Origin: Candidatus Collierbacteria bacterium | GTDB lineage: Bacteria; Patescibacteriota; Microgenomatia; UBA1400; JACPES01 | Length of the DNA: 64,000 nt | Assembly: GCA_016219325.1 (NCBI GenBank) | Contig: JACRNH010000003.1 | Coordinates: forward strand, 45,123-109,122 | Reading direction: 5' to 3' | Part shown: positions 1 through 8,779 of the stretch, one piece after another | Numbering within the stretch: the stretch's first letter is position 1 | Layout: the number at the start of each line of letters is the position of its first letter | Notes under the pieces: generated by a model | Databases searched by the model: none | What the model was told of the DNA's origin: nothing | The model's input: the letters and a program-made list of their open reading frames with translations, nothing else | Made by a program: the position numbers and the translations under genes

Positions 1-923
1 GGGAGCAATCGATTCCGGGCGGATTATATCTTTTTAGATTCCTCGGCTATTTATGGGTGATTGTTAATGCCGAAAAACTATTGGCTCCGGTTAAAAAATT
101 TATAATCCCGGCTTTTTGGATCTTTGTAATTTTGGCTTGGGCCCAGTATTTGCTTTTGCCGGACATCAGATTTTTGCTTAAATTCGGATGGGACGAGCAT
201 TATTACCGGATGATCGGAACGGTTTTGGATCCGAATTATTTGGGGGTGATGCTGGGAATTATGGGAATATATTTAATATACAAATATGCAAATAGACAAA
301 TAGACAAATGGGAGAAAATCCTATTGGCATTGTCTTTTGGCGGATTGGCGCTGACTTATTCTAGGGCGAGTTGGGTGGCTACGGTGGTTGTTAGTTGTTG
401 GTTGTTGGTTGTTAGTAGGGGGCATAGAAATAAATTAGGGAAATTGGGGATATTAGGGATATTAGGGATAATTGGAATAATGGGAATATGGCTGGCGGCG
501 CCAAAGCCCGGTGGGGAAGGAATTAATTTATTGAGAACAAGTTCGATTGAGCAGAGAGTCGAGAGTTGGAGGGAAGGAATAAATGTTTGGCGGGAACATC
601 CGTGGTTGGGAGTGGGGTTTAATAATTACGGGGGAAAAGTACAAGAAAGTACAATAAAGTACAAAAATGTACAAGAAGGAAAAAATCATAGTGAAAACGC
701 TCCGAGCAGCAGTTGGATTTTACTTTTGGCAACGGTGGGGACAATTGGGATAGGGGGATTAGGGGTAATAGGGGGGATAAGGGGGATAGGGGAGATGAAG
801 AAAAATAAATTGTGGATGGGAATTTTGATGATGGTTGGGGTTCACGCGATTTTTAACAACACCATTTTTTATCCGCCGATTTTGGGATTGTTGGCTTTGA
901 TTAAGGCTGCCAGCGAAGAATGA
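1..923 (+). CDS. O-antigen ligase/polymerase family membrane protein (5' partial)
   Basis: Frame is open from the window edge. Motifs R..GT.LDPNYLG, LTYSRASW, R...W..G......HPWLGVGFNNY; multiple TM helices. Confidence 0.8.
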   Translation, partial: EQSIPGGLYLFRFLGYLWVIVNAEKLLAPVKKFIIPAFWIFVILAWAQYLLLPDIRFLLKFGWDEHYYRMIGTVLDPNYLGVMLGIMGIYLIYKYANRQIDKWEKILLALSFGGLALTYSRASWVATVVVSCWLLVVSRGHRNKLGKLGILGILGIIGIMGIWLAAPKPGGEGINLLRTSSIEQRVESWREGINVWREHPWLGVGFNNYGGKVQESTIKYKNVQEGKNHSENAPSSSWILLLATVGTIGIGGLGVIGGIRGIGEMKKNKLWMGILMMVGVHAIFNNTIFYPPILGLLALIKAASEE

Positions 924-1623
924 TTTTCTTATCGGTTAGATTCCCGGCTTTATCTTTGGAGATAACTGAAATCTGGTTGTCGCTTTCCTGAAGTCCGAGT
1001 TTATACGAAAATGAACCATCAGATTTGACGGAGACATATCTATTGTTAATTGTTAATGAGGCTTCAGATTCAGTTTTACCTTTAATTTCTATAGTTTTTT
1101 GGTCTTGGCCGTGAAAAACTGTTCCGCCTGATGGAGAATCTATCGTCAGCGTTGGGGATTCGTCATCCCGGGCAATGGTGATTGATTGTGATTCACGGCT
1201 ATCGTTTCCAGCCGTATCGGTATATTTAACCGATATAAAATTATCGCCTTTTTCCAGATTAATTCCGGATTCGAAATATCCTTCAGTATCGGCCGCTGAC
1301 GAATTGCTTGTCTCACCGTTTATTATAAAAATTACTTTGGCCATTGAATTGGCATAGCCGCTAATTTTAATTTGAGCGCTGTTAGTGGCAGTAGGAGTTG
1401 AATTGATAACCGGAGCCGGCAAAAGTAGCTTTTGCGTTTGTTCCGCAGGCTGATTTTTAGGAGACAGAAAAATGGCCATTTTTACCAGTAACTCTAAACC
1501 GAATTTTATGGCTATAAATCCGATGGCTAAAATTATGATTAAGGATAGAAATACTGCCCGCGAAGTTTTTTTTCTTTCAATTTCTGCCAAGCGCGAACGG
1601 GGTTTACGTCTATTAAATCTCAT
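901..1623 (-). CDS. Membrane-anchored protein with two bacterial Ig-like domains
   Basis: N-terminal TM helix. Ig-like motifs IKISGY...LEKGDNFISV..TDTAGN and P.LTIDSP...GKTE...L.E.DNQI.V.SKDKAGN. Confidence 0.7.
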   Translation of the reverse strand: MRFNRRKPRSRLAEIERKKTSRAVFLSLIIILAIGFIAIKFGLELLVKMAIFLSPKNQPAEQTQKLLLPAPVINSTPTATNSAQIKISGYANSMAKVIFIINGETSNSSAADTEGYFESGINLEKGDNFISVKYTDTAGNDSRESQSITIARDDESPTLTIDSPSGGTVFHGQDQKTIEIKGKTESEASLTINNRYVSVKSDGSFSYKLGLQESDNQISVISKDKAGNLTDKKIILRWQP

Positions 1624-1644
1624 ATTAATTAGTATACCAATTTA

Positions 1645-1707
1645 GAGCCCCCTGTCGGAATCGTCCTGCGGAGCAGAATCTGGTCCAGTCAGAGATGCGC
1701 ACCGGCG
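1645..1707 (-). pseudogene. tRNA 3' fragment (T-arm plus acceptor strand) interrupted by a 30-nt double-hairpin element
   Basis: Minus strand reads CGCCGGT-[37 nt]-CGATTCCGACAGGGGGCTC, a tRNA-like T-arm and 3' end. No D arm or anticodon arm is present. Confidence 0.5.
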
Positions 1708-1733
1708 TTTATTTGTTGTTTATCGTGGATTTG

Positions 1734-1806
1734 AGCCAAGAGTGGGAATCGGACCCACGACCCCCGCTTTACGAAAGCGGTGCTCTACCAACTGAGCTAT
1801 CTTGGC
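1734..1806 (-). tRNA. tRNA-Thr(CGU)
   Basis: GCCAAGATAGCTCAGTTGGTAGAGCA CCGCT TTCGTAA AGCGG GGGTCGTGGGTCCGATTCCCACTCTTGGCT folds as a cloverleaf with anticodon CGT. Confidence 0.93.
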
Positions 1807-1830
1807 AATTGTATTATTATAGAGCTCAAT

Positions 1831-3066
1831 ATGGGTTATTCCAACCACCGGAGATTAATTTGCGGATTGTCAGTTGATATTTTTATTTCATTTTTATTCT
1901 TCAACTCTTTGATTTTTAAAATGTTGTTTAATCTGCCCCGGATTTTTGGCGTCTATCGGCCTACCAAAGTTTTGGTTTTACTGCAAAACAACAATGAATT
2001 GCGCCCCACCGGCGGATTTATGGGATCTTATACCACTTTTACTTTTGATAAATTCAGAATCAAAAATTTTCAAACTTACGATATTTATGATGCCGACGGT
2101 CATGTTCCTAACTACGTTACCCCGCCCGAAGCCATCCAAACGGCCTTCCAACTCGGTTCATGGAGGCTAAGAGACGCTAATTGGGATCCGGATTTTCCCC
2201 AGTCGGCCAAAACAATTCTTTGGTTTTTGGAACAAGCCGGCATTGAATCTCAAGATATCTTAGTTGCCGTCAATCTATCGGCTATCCAAACTATTTTTAA
2301 GATGTTGCCGCATGATCTTTATCTTAGTGATTATGATCTTAATATTTCGGCAAATACTTTGTGGGATATTACCCAACAACATTCCCAATTCGGTTTTTTC
2401 CCTGGATCCAAGCAGAAAAAAGAGTTTATTTATGATTTGTCCAAAGAATTGGTTAATGAATTCACTAAATTATCTATAGTCAATAAAGTTAAATTAGTAA
2501 CTACTTTAAGCGGTTTATTTAAAGATAAGGACGTTCAGCTTTATTCCGTTAATTTCGAAATACAGAATATCTTTTCTGATTTGAGATGGGACGGAAGTCT
2601 AAAAAAATCCCTCTGCCCAAGGTTAATACCTTTTTGCACTCCGGCGAGGATTGAAATTGTTGAGGCAAATCTTGCATCTAATAAATCCAACTGTTGTGTT
2701 ATCAGAAAAGTAAAATTGGAAGTGGATAAGGGCGGCCAAGCTATAAATCATAGGTTGAAGGTTACTTTTTTCAATCAGGACAATGACCAAAACAAAAAGT
2801 GGGGCGGGAGATATTTGGCTAATGTCAGGTTATTCATTAATGATGAAGTGATGGAGGAATGGATAAACATTTTCCCCGGCGCTGAACAAACCGCTGATTT
2901 TGAATATCGGTTGACTCCTGCTAACAAATATTTTTCCCCGATTTTTGTTACTTTTCAAAAACAATCAGGCATTCACAGCTTTCCGCTGACAATTGAGGTG
3001 TTAAGCAGGGGCAAAATCGAAACAACGAGCAAAATAATTTTCCGCGACACTTGGTTTTGGTTGTAA
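1831..3066 (+). CDS. DUF4012 domain-containing protein
   Basis: LVLLQNNNELRPTGGFMGSY and W.LRDANWDPDFP.SA motifs. Start moved to ATG 1831 because the longer ORF overlaps the tRNA. Confidence 0.8.
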   Translation: MGYSNHRRLICGLSVDIFISFLFFNSLIFKMLFNLPRIFGVYRPTKVLVLLQNNNELRPTGGFMGSYTTFTFDKFRIKNFQTYDIYDADGHVPNYVTPPEAIQTAFQLGSWRLRDANWDPDFPQSAKTILWFLEQAGIESQDILVAVNLSAIQTIFKMLPHDLYLSDYDLNISANTLWDITQQHSQFGFFPGSKQKKEFIYDLSKELVNEFTKLSIVNKVKLVTTLSGLFKDKDVQLYSVNFEIQNIFSDLRWDGSLKKSLCPRLIPFCTPARIEIVEANLASNKSNCCVIRKVKLEVDKGGQAINHRLKVTFFNQDNDQNKKWGGRYLANVRLFINDEVMEEWINIFPGAEQTADFEYRLTPANKYFSPIFVTFQKQSGIHSFPLTIEVLSRGKIETTSKIIFRDTWFWL

Positions 3067-3083
3067 TATAATCTTACAAGCTC

Positions 3084-3154
3084 GCGGGTGTGGTTCAATG
3101 GCAGAATGCGTCCTTCCCAAGGATGAGACGGGAGTCCGATTCTCCTCACCCGCT
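3084..3154 (+). tRNA. tRNA-Gly(CCC)
   Basis: GCGGGTGTGGTTCAATGGCAGAATG CGTCC TTCCCAA GGATG AGACGGGAGTCCGATTCTCCTCACCCGCT folds as a cloverleaf. Confidence 0.93.
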
Positions 3155-3215
3155 CATAAAGTGACAGAAATGTGCAGAAAGTTACATTAACTAGCATAAA
3201 AGATATCAAATAACT

Positions 3216-3521
3216 ATGGAAAGATTAGCGCCATTAGCTCGTACAAAAAAAGATTTTATGGGCACACCTCCAGATATGCCCGACAATTTACCTCATATTG
3301 ATATTTTTAGCGACGAAGAGCTAAGTGATTACTTTACGAAACGGCTTTTTGTTCAAGGTGAAATTGGACTAAACGGTGAGAGATTTCCCAGTATAACCCA
3401 AGAAAATCTTAAAGGTATTAGGGACAGAACTATTGCCTCTCTGAGGTTTGATGTTGAATACGCACAGTTAAGAGGAAGACCGGTGCCTATTGATGTTTTG
3501 AGATATTTCGAAAATTCCTAA
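3216..3521 (+). CDS. Hypothetical protein
   Basis: 101-aa ATG ORF filling the gap after tRNA-Gly; no recognised motif. Confidence 0.55.
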   Translation: MERLAPLARTKKDFMGTPPDMPDNLPHIDIFSDEELSDYFTKRLFVQGEIGLNGERFPSITQENLKGIRDRTIASLRFDVEYAQLRGRPVPIDVLRYFENS

Positions 3522-3718
3522 AGCTTTCAATACCTAAATATTCTTTTAGCAAGTTTAGCTGTAAAATTAAGTCAGTTGTAACGTAGTAACGAAGACCTAT
3601 TTTTATTTTAGTAATAAGCGACGAATCGGGGTCAAATAGATATTGTTTGATATATTCATCCAGGCTAAAGTGGTTCAAGCCAATTACGGTCAGCAGCTCA
3701 TCGTGATACAATTCAATT

Positions 3719-4009
3719 GTGATCGATTCTAAAACAACATCTATGATTAAAGATATCGTGCGGAAACATTTGCCAAGTACTGAATATAAAGCATTTCTGT
3801 TTGGATCTAGGGTTGCCGGTAATCATCGCAAATTCAGCGATGTAGATTTGGGCATTTTAGGCAATAAACCAATTCCTTCAGATGTTTTTTTCAATCTTCA
3901 ACAAGACTTGGAAGATTCTGATATTCCCTATATCGTGGAACTGCTAGATTTTTCCAGTGTGGCCGAAAGCTTTAAATCTAAAGCATTAACGAATACAATA
4001 CCTTTATGA
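3719..4009 (+). CDS. Minimal nucleotidyltransferase (MNT) antitoxin
   Basis: FLFGSR-x10-SDVD motif, 96 aa; overlaps the next gene (ATGA). Confidence 0.88.
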   Translation: MIDSKTTSMIKDIVRKHLPSTEYKAFLFGSRVAGNHRKFSDVDLGILGNKPIPSDVFFNLQQDLEDSDIPYIVELLDFSSVAESFKSKALTNTIPL

Positions 4010-4386
4010 CATATACTGACCGGTTAGTAGAATTGAAAACCGCGTTATCCCGTTTGGAAGAGGCGCTGAAAGAAGTAAAGAATCAATTGGATAAAGACGG
4101 CGCCATTCAACGTTTTGAATTTGTATTCGAGTTGACATGGAAAACACTAAAAGATTTTGCCGAAGATAAAGGCAGAATGGAAGCCAATAGCCCAAAAGGA
4201 GCCTTTCGTGTCGCGGCTGATTTAGGAGTAATTGGTGATCCTCAACCCTGGTTTGAATTTCTTAAAAGCCGTAATGACTCATCACATCTGTATAACGAGG
4301 AATCTGCGAATAGAGTATTTTCACAATTGCCCGATTTCGTATCGGCGATGAAAGATTTAATTGTCAGTCTTGATAAAATAAAATAA
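4006..4386 (+). CDS. HEPN toxin / nucleotidyltransferase substrate-binding protein (HI0074 family)
   Basis: DGAIQRFEFVFEL.WK.LK and an R-X4-H motif (RNDSSH.Y); coupled to the MNT gene. Confidence 0.88.
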   Translation: MTYTDRLVELKTALSRLEEALKEVKNQLDKDGAIQRFEFVFELTWKTLKDFAEDKGRMEANSPKGAFRVAADLGVIGDPQPWFEFLKSRNDSSHLYNEESANRVFSQLPDFVSAMKDLIVSLDKIK

Positions 4387-4399
4387 CCAAAATCTATAT

Positions 4400-5053
4400 T
4401 TATTTTGGTAACCAGAGTTTGGCGCCGGAAATGAGAAGATTGGGGTTACGGCCTATTTTAGTTTTATTTGCTTGGTAGATTTTAACCCACTGATAGCCGT
4501 CTCCATAGATTGAAACTGCGATTTTCCATAGGGAATCATTAGTTTTAATCTCGTATTCAGACTCGGCCTGAATAATAGAATCGGCTGATTTTATTTCAAT
4601 CTTCATTTCACTTTTAGTTTCCGTTTTAACTGAAATGGTTTGCTTTTTAGAAGATACTTCAGGAATGGTTAATTTTTGACCTTTCTCAATTAAATTGCCA
4701 TTTTTTAACTTATTAGCCGTAGCGATATCCACCCAGTTATAACCGGACTTAAAATATCTTTCGGCAATTGACCATAGGGTTTCACCGGCTTGAACTTCAT
4801 GGACATTGCCTGAAGTTAAAGAAGGTTTCGCGTTTATGTCATCAAAATTTTCTGTCTGTATTTCGGAAATGTCAACGTCATTTTGGGGAAGTTCAGTTTG
4901 TGGTTTACTTTTAAAATAGTTGAATAATAAACTTCCAATGGTGATAACAACGGCTACTCCAAGTAATGTAGAAATAACCGATTCGTTAGATCTAATGCTT
5001 TTTAAAAAAGATTTAATTTGTTGTTCCATAATGAAAGTAGGTACTTTCGCCAT
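4400..5053 (-). CDS. Membrane-anchored LysM peptidoglycan-binding protein (2 LysM domains)
   Basis: HEVQAGETLWSIAERYF and YEIKTNDSLWKIA..YGDG repeats after a TM helix. Start uncertain (5029/5053). Confidence 0.85.
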   Translation of the reverse strand: MAKVPTFIMEQQIKSFLKSIRSNESVISTLLGVAVVITIGSLLFNYFKSKPQTELPQNDVDISEIQTENFDDINAKPSLTSGNVHEVQAGETLWSIAERYFKSGYNWVDIATANKLKNGNLIEKGQKLTIPEVSSKKQTISVKTETKSEMKIEIKSADSIIQAESEYEIKTNDSLWKIAVSIYGDGYQWVKIYQANKTKIGRNPNLLISGAKLWLPK

Positions 5054-5119
5054 CGAAACCAACTACTTTCGGATAGTAAATAATACGAAGGTAAATGTCA
5101 AGAGGGGAAATTTAGGTTG

Positions 5120-5195
5120 CGGACCCGACCGGATTCGAACCGGCGATCTTCTCCGTGACAGGGAGACGTGTTAAACCAGGCTACACTACGGGTCC
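5120..5195 (-). tRNA. tRNA-Asp(GUC)
   Basis: GGACCCGTAGTGTAGCCTGGTTTAACACG TCTCC CTGTCAC GGAGA AGATCGCCGGTTCGAATCCGGTCGGGTCCG. Confidence 0.95.
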
Positions 5196-5236
5196 ATTTC
5201 AATTTACTATTTATGATACCATTTTTGTTAGGAAAA

Positions 5237-7036
5237 ATGGTTATGCAGGAGATTTCTAACAATCAAACAATCGCTCAAATGCTATTTGAGGTAGCCGCGG
5301 TTTTAGAAGTAACCGGAGGAGACAGGTTTAGAATCCGGGCATATCAAGAGGCTGCTAAATCCATCGAAAGTTATCCGGCAGAGATCCGCGATTTATGGGA
5401 ACATGGGAATTTGGGAGACGTTTCCAGCGTCGGCAAAGCCATTTCCGGTTATTTGGATGAATTTTTTAAAACAGGCAGAATAAAACATTTTGAGCCGATC
5501 ATAAAAAGAGTTCCTGCAGGAATGTTCCCTTTGCTAAATGTTAGCGGAATCGGTCCCAAGACAGCTTTTGCGCTTTCCAAAGAATTGGGACTGGTAAAGT
5601 CCAAGATGGCAGTTGCAAAACTTAAGAAGGCTGCTTTGGACGGTAAAATAGCCAAAATTGAGGGATTTGGGGAAGACTCGCAGGCCAAGATCTTGTCAGC
5701 AATCAAAGAATCCGAGTCCAGAGAAGACAAAATGCTTTTGCCTGTAGCTCGGGAACTGGCCGATAAAGTAATTGATTATCTAAAGAAGCAACCCGATGTT
5801 GTAAAAATTGAGGTATTAGGCAGCTTAAGAAGACAAATGGCTCTGGTCGGAGATATTGATATAGGAGTTGCCGCTTCAAATCCAAAGGAAATTACAGACT
5901 GGTTTATTAAATTCCCTGAATTCATAAAAATATTGGTGAGCGGGGACAAAGTTTGCCGGGCGGTTCACCGTACCGGAAGGCAAGTTGACTTAAAAATTGA
6001 GCCGGTTGAAAGTTTTGGTTCAATGCTGCAGCATTTTACCGGCAGTAAGGAGCATAATATCGCTTTGAGAGAATTGGCCCTGAAGAAAGGGTTGTCGTTG
6101 TCGGAGCATGGGATAAAGATAATGAGTAATGAGAAGAAAGTAATGAGCAATGATAAACAACTAGTAAATTTCAAAACGGAAGAGGAATTCTATAAAGCTC
6201 TTGGGATGGAGTGGATTCCGCCGGAGCTGCGGGAAAACAGGGGGGAGATTGAGGCTAGTAAAGAAGGTAAGTTGCCAGAACTGATAGGGTTATCAGATAT
6301 TAAAGGTGATTTTCATATCCATTCCGACTTTGACATTGAAACCAGTCATGATCTGGGGGTTTCGGGTTTAATTTATTTGACAAAAGAAGCTGAAAAAATG
6401 GGATACGAATTTATCGCCATATCTGATCACAATCCGTCTACTTCCCGGCATAATAATAAGCAAATAATTGACCTTATAAAGCGAAGAAATGAATATATTG
6501 ATAAATTTTTATCCTCGCGTGTGAACGTTGTGAAAATTAAATTATTTAAATCCCTCGAAATAGATATATCCGGCGATGGATCAATCGCTATTCCGGACGC
6601 GGCATTGGAACTTTTGGATTTTGTCATTGTCTCAATTCACAGTCAGTTTGTTGGTGACGAGAGCAAGCAAACGGCCAGAATTTTAAAAGCGCTTTCCCAT
6701 CCTAAAGTAAAAATTCTGGGCCATCCGACCGGTAGACAGCTGTTAAACCGGAACGGAATCAATTGCGATTGGGATCAGATATTTGATTATTGCGCCAAAA
6801 AGAATATTTGGCTGGAGGTGAATGGTAATCCGCATAGAATGGATTTGCCGGATCAGTTAATTCAGAAAGCTAAAGGTTTCGGAGTGAAATTTACAATTGG
6901 GACGGATAGTCATGCTTTTTCTCAAATGGAATACATGCCATCTGGCGTTTCTTTGGCTAGAAGGGGTTGGCTTGAGAAGAAAGATGTGATAAATTGTTTA
7001 GGATATAATGAAGTGAAGAAAGAATTTAATCCTTAA
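5237..7036 (+). CDS. polX: DNA polymerase X / PHP domain protein
   Basis: FRIRAY..AA, GIGPKTA, GSLRR..VGDIDI, HFTGSKEHN, then a PHP domain (GDFHIHS, ISDH, HPTGR, GTDSH). Confidence 0.93.
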   Translation: MVMQEISNNQTIAQMLFEVAAVLEVTGGDRFRIRAYQEAAKSIESYPAEIRDLWEHGNLGDVSSVGKAISGYLDEFFKTGRIKHFEPIIKRVPAGMFPLLNVSGIGPKTAFALSKELGLVKSKMAVAKLKKAALDGKIAKIEGFGEDSQAKILSAIKESESREDKMLLPVARELADKVIDYLKKQPDVVKIEVLGSLRRQMALVGDIDIGVAASNPKEITDWFIKFPEFIKILVSGDKVCRAVHRTGRQVDLKIEPVESFGSMLQHFTGSKEHNIALRELALKKGLSLSEHGIKIMSNEKKVMSNDKQLVNFKTEEEFYKALGMEWIPPELRENRGEIEASKEGKLPELIGLSDIKGDFHIHSDFDIETSHDLGVSGLIYLTKEAEKMGYEFIAISDHNPSTSRHNNKQIIDLIKRRNEYIDKFLSSRVNVVKIKLFKSLEIDISGDGSIAIPDAALELLDFVIVSIHSQFVGDESKQTARILKALSHPKVKILGHPTGRQLLNRNGINCDWDQIFDYCAKKNIWLEVNGNPHRMDLPDQLIQKAKGFGVKFTIGTDSHAFSQMEYMPSGVSLARRGWLEKKDVINCLGYNEVKKEFNP

Positions 7037-7042
7037 ATGGAT

Positions 7043-7128
7043 GCCCGCCATATTTTGCCATTTGCCTTTTGCAGAACTATTCGTTCACGGCTCATGGCGC
7101 AATTGTTGGCGGGTCGCATATAATGCGA
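7043..7128. promoter_or_regulatory. Long stem-loop and TATAAT-containing hairpin upstream of lemA-htpX-clpB
   Basis: GCCCGCCA (7043) pairs with TGGCGGGT (to 7114), with inner TTGCCAT/ATGGCGCAA and GAAC/GTTC pairings. TCGCA-TATAA-TGCGA follows, then the SD-like AGGCGGTGA. Confidence 0.4.
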
Positions 7129-7145
7129 AGAGGCGGTGATAATTT

Positions 7146-7736
7146 ATGAACTTAACTGTAGTTTTAGTAATCATAGCATTAATAGCTTTAGGCTACGTAA
7201 TCTCGACTTACAACGCGTTTCAGACAATCAAAACCAGAATTAAGGCCAGTATTCAGGAGATCGGAAATCAACTGAAGCGCCAGGCAGATTTAATTCCTAA
7301 TTTGGAAGCCAGTGTTAAAGGGTATCTGAAGCACGAAAAGTCAATTTTTGACAAATTGACCGAAGCCCGGAAATCAGTGGTTGACGCAGTTAAAAGCGGA
7401 AGCCTCAATAGCGCCAATACCGCGGCTGGAAAATTAAACCAATTAATACCGGCTTTGCAGGTTGTGGTTGAAAGCAATCCTGAGCTTAAGGCGAATACTA
7501 CCGTTACCGGATTAATGGATGAGTTAAGAGACACCTCCGACAAAGTGATGTATTCCAGAAGGACTCTTATTGATCTGACAGCTGACTATAATCAGATGTT
7601 GGTTACTTTCCCATCAAATATGGTTGGAAATATTTTTGGGATGAAAGAAGAAAAAGGATTGGAGATGCCGGAGAGTGGAGAGTTTCTAAAAGTGTCTGTG
7701 ACAGAGACAAAGACACCGGGAATAAAGTTGGAGTAA
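7146..7736 (+). CDS. lemA: LemA family protein
   Basis: N-terminal TM; YN...QLKRQADLIPNL, ESNPELKAN, YN.....FPSN motifs. Confidence 0.92.
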   Translation: MNLTVVLVIIALIALGYVISTYNAFQTIKTRIKASIQEIGNQLKRQADLIPNLEASVKGYLKHEKSIFDKLTEARKSVVDAVKSGSLNSANTAAGKLNQLIPALQVVVESNPELKANTTVTGLMDELRDTSDKVMYSRRTLIDLTADYNQMLVTFPSNMVGNIFGMKEEKGLEMPESGEFLKVSVTETKTPGIKLE

Positions 7737-7738
7737 TA

Positions 7739-7816
7739 GTCATTCCGAGCGAGTGAAACGAGCGTGGGAATCTAATTTAAGATTGCCACGTCCCGTTTGA
7801 CGGGACTCGCAATGAC
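7739..7816. repeat. REP/RPE-like palindromic element (GTCATT...AATGAC family)
   Basis: GTCATTCCGAGCG...GGGAATCT-AATTTA-AGATTGCCACG-TCCCGTTTGACGGGA-CTCGCAATGAC; near reverse complement of 61314-61403. Confidence 0.85.
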
Positions 7817-7822
7817 ATCAAT

Positions 7823-8767
7823 ATGACAAACGTCTACGAGCAAGTTGACGCCAATAAGTGGAAGAGTGGAATAGTGGTAGCAATCTTTGCTGTAGTTGTG
7901 GCTGTGTCCGTTTATTTCATTTCAATGGGAATGGCGGTGTATTTTGGAGGATCGGGAGGAACTGGGGATATCGGGGGGGTTGGGATGATTGGGGCGGCAT
8001 TGATAATTTCAGGATTGATGAGTTTCACCGGATATTGGTTTAGCGACAAAATCGTGCTGGGGATTTCCGGCGCCAGACCGGCCGACAGAAAAAAGGATTT
8101 TCTTTTTTACACTGTGGCTGAAAATATGAGTTTGGCGGCCCAAGTTCCGATGCCGAAACTATATGTGATTGACGATTCGGCTCCAAACGCTTTTGCCACA
8201 GGACGCGATCCTCAACATGCTGTAATTTGCGCCACTACCGGCATTCTGTCAAAGTTAAACAGAACTGAATTGGAAGGGGTTATCGCTCATGAAATGTCGC
8301 ATGTTCAGAATTATGATATTAGATTAATGTCGGTTGTTTCGATCCTGGTAGGAATGGTGGTTTTACTCGGGGATATGTTTATGCGGGCGACTTGGTGGGG
8401 TAGTAGAAGTCGGGGAGACAGAGACGATAAGGGTTCAGGGGCGATTTTTATTGTTTTAGGATTACTATTTGCGATTCTGTCGCCGATTGTAGCCCAGCTG
8501 ATTCAGCTGTCGATTAGCCGGCGGAGAGAATTGTTGGCCGACGCCTCGGCGGTTAAACTAACCCGTCAGCCGGAAGGATTGCTCAACGCCTTGGTCAAGA
8601 TTTCCGGAGACCGCGAACCTCTGGAAGCCGCCAATAAAGCTACGGCGCATCTGTATATTATTAACCCCTTCAAAGGAGTTCATGGGACCCGTGATTGGTT
8701 TGCCGGGATGTTTAATACTCACCCCCCTTTAGCAGAAAGAGTGAAACAACTTCGGGAAATGATGTAA
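7823..8767 (+). CDS. htpX: Zinc metalloprotease HtpX (M48)
   Basis: PNAFATGRDP, ELEGVIAHEMSH (HExxH), SRRRELLADA, THPP...R. Confidence 0.95.
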   Translation: MTNVYEQVDANKWKSGIVVAIFAVVVAVSVYFISMGMAVYFGGSGGTGDIGGVGMIGAALIISGLMSFTGYWFSDKIVLGISGARPADRKKDFLFYTVAENMSLAAQVPMPKLYVIDDSAPNAFATGRDPQHAVICATTGILSKLNRTELEGVIAHEMSHVQNYDIRLMSVVSILVGMVVLLGDMFMRATWWGSRSRGDRDDKGSGAIFIVLGLLFAILSPIVAQLIQLSISRRRELLADASAVKLTRQPEGLLNALVKISGDREPLEAANKATAHLYIINPFKGVHGTRDWFAGMFNTHPPLAERVKQLREMM

Positions 8768-8779
8768 AATTTTCTTGTT

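Noticed and set aside
3487-3711. 74-aa minus-strand ORF between the hypothetical gene and the MNT gene
   Set aside because: No recognisable motif and it overlaps its neighbour; cannot be supported.
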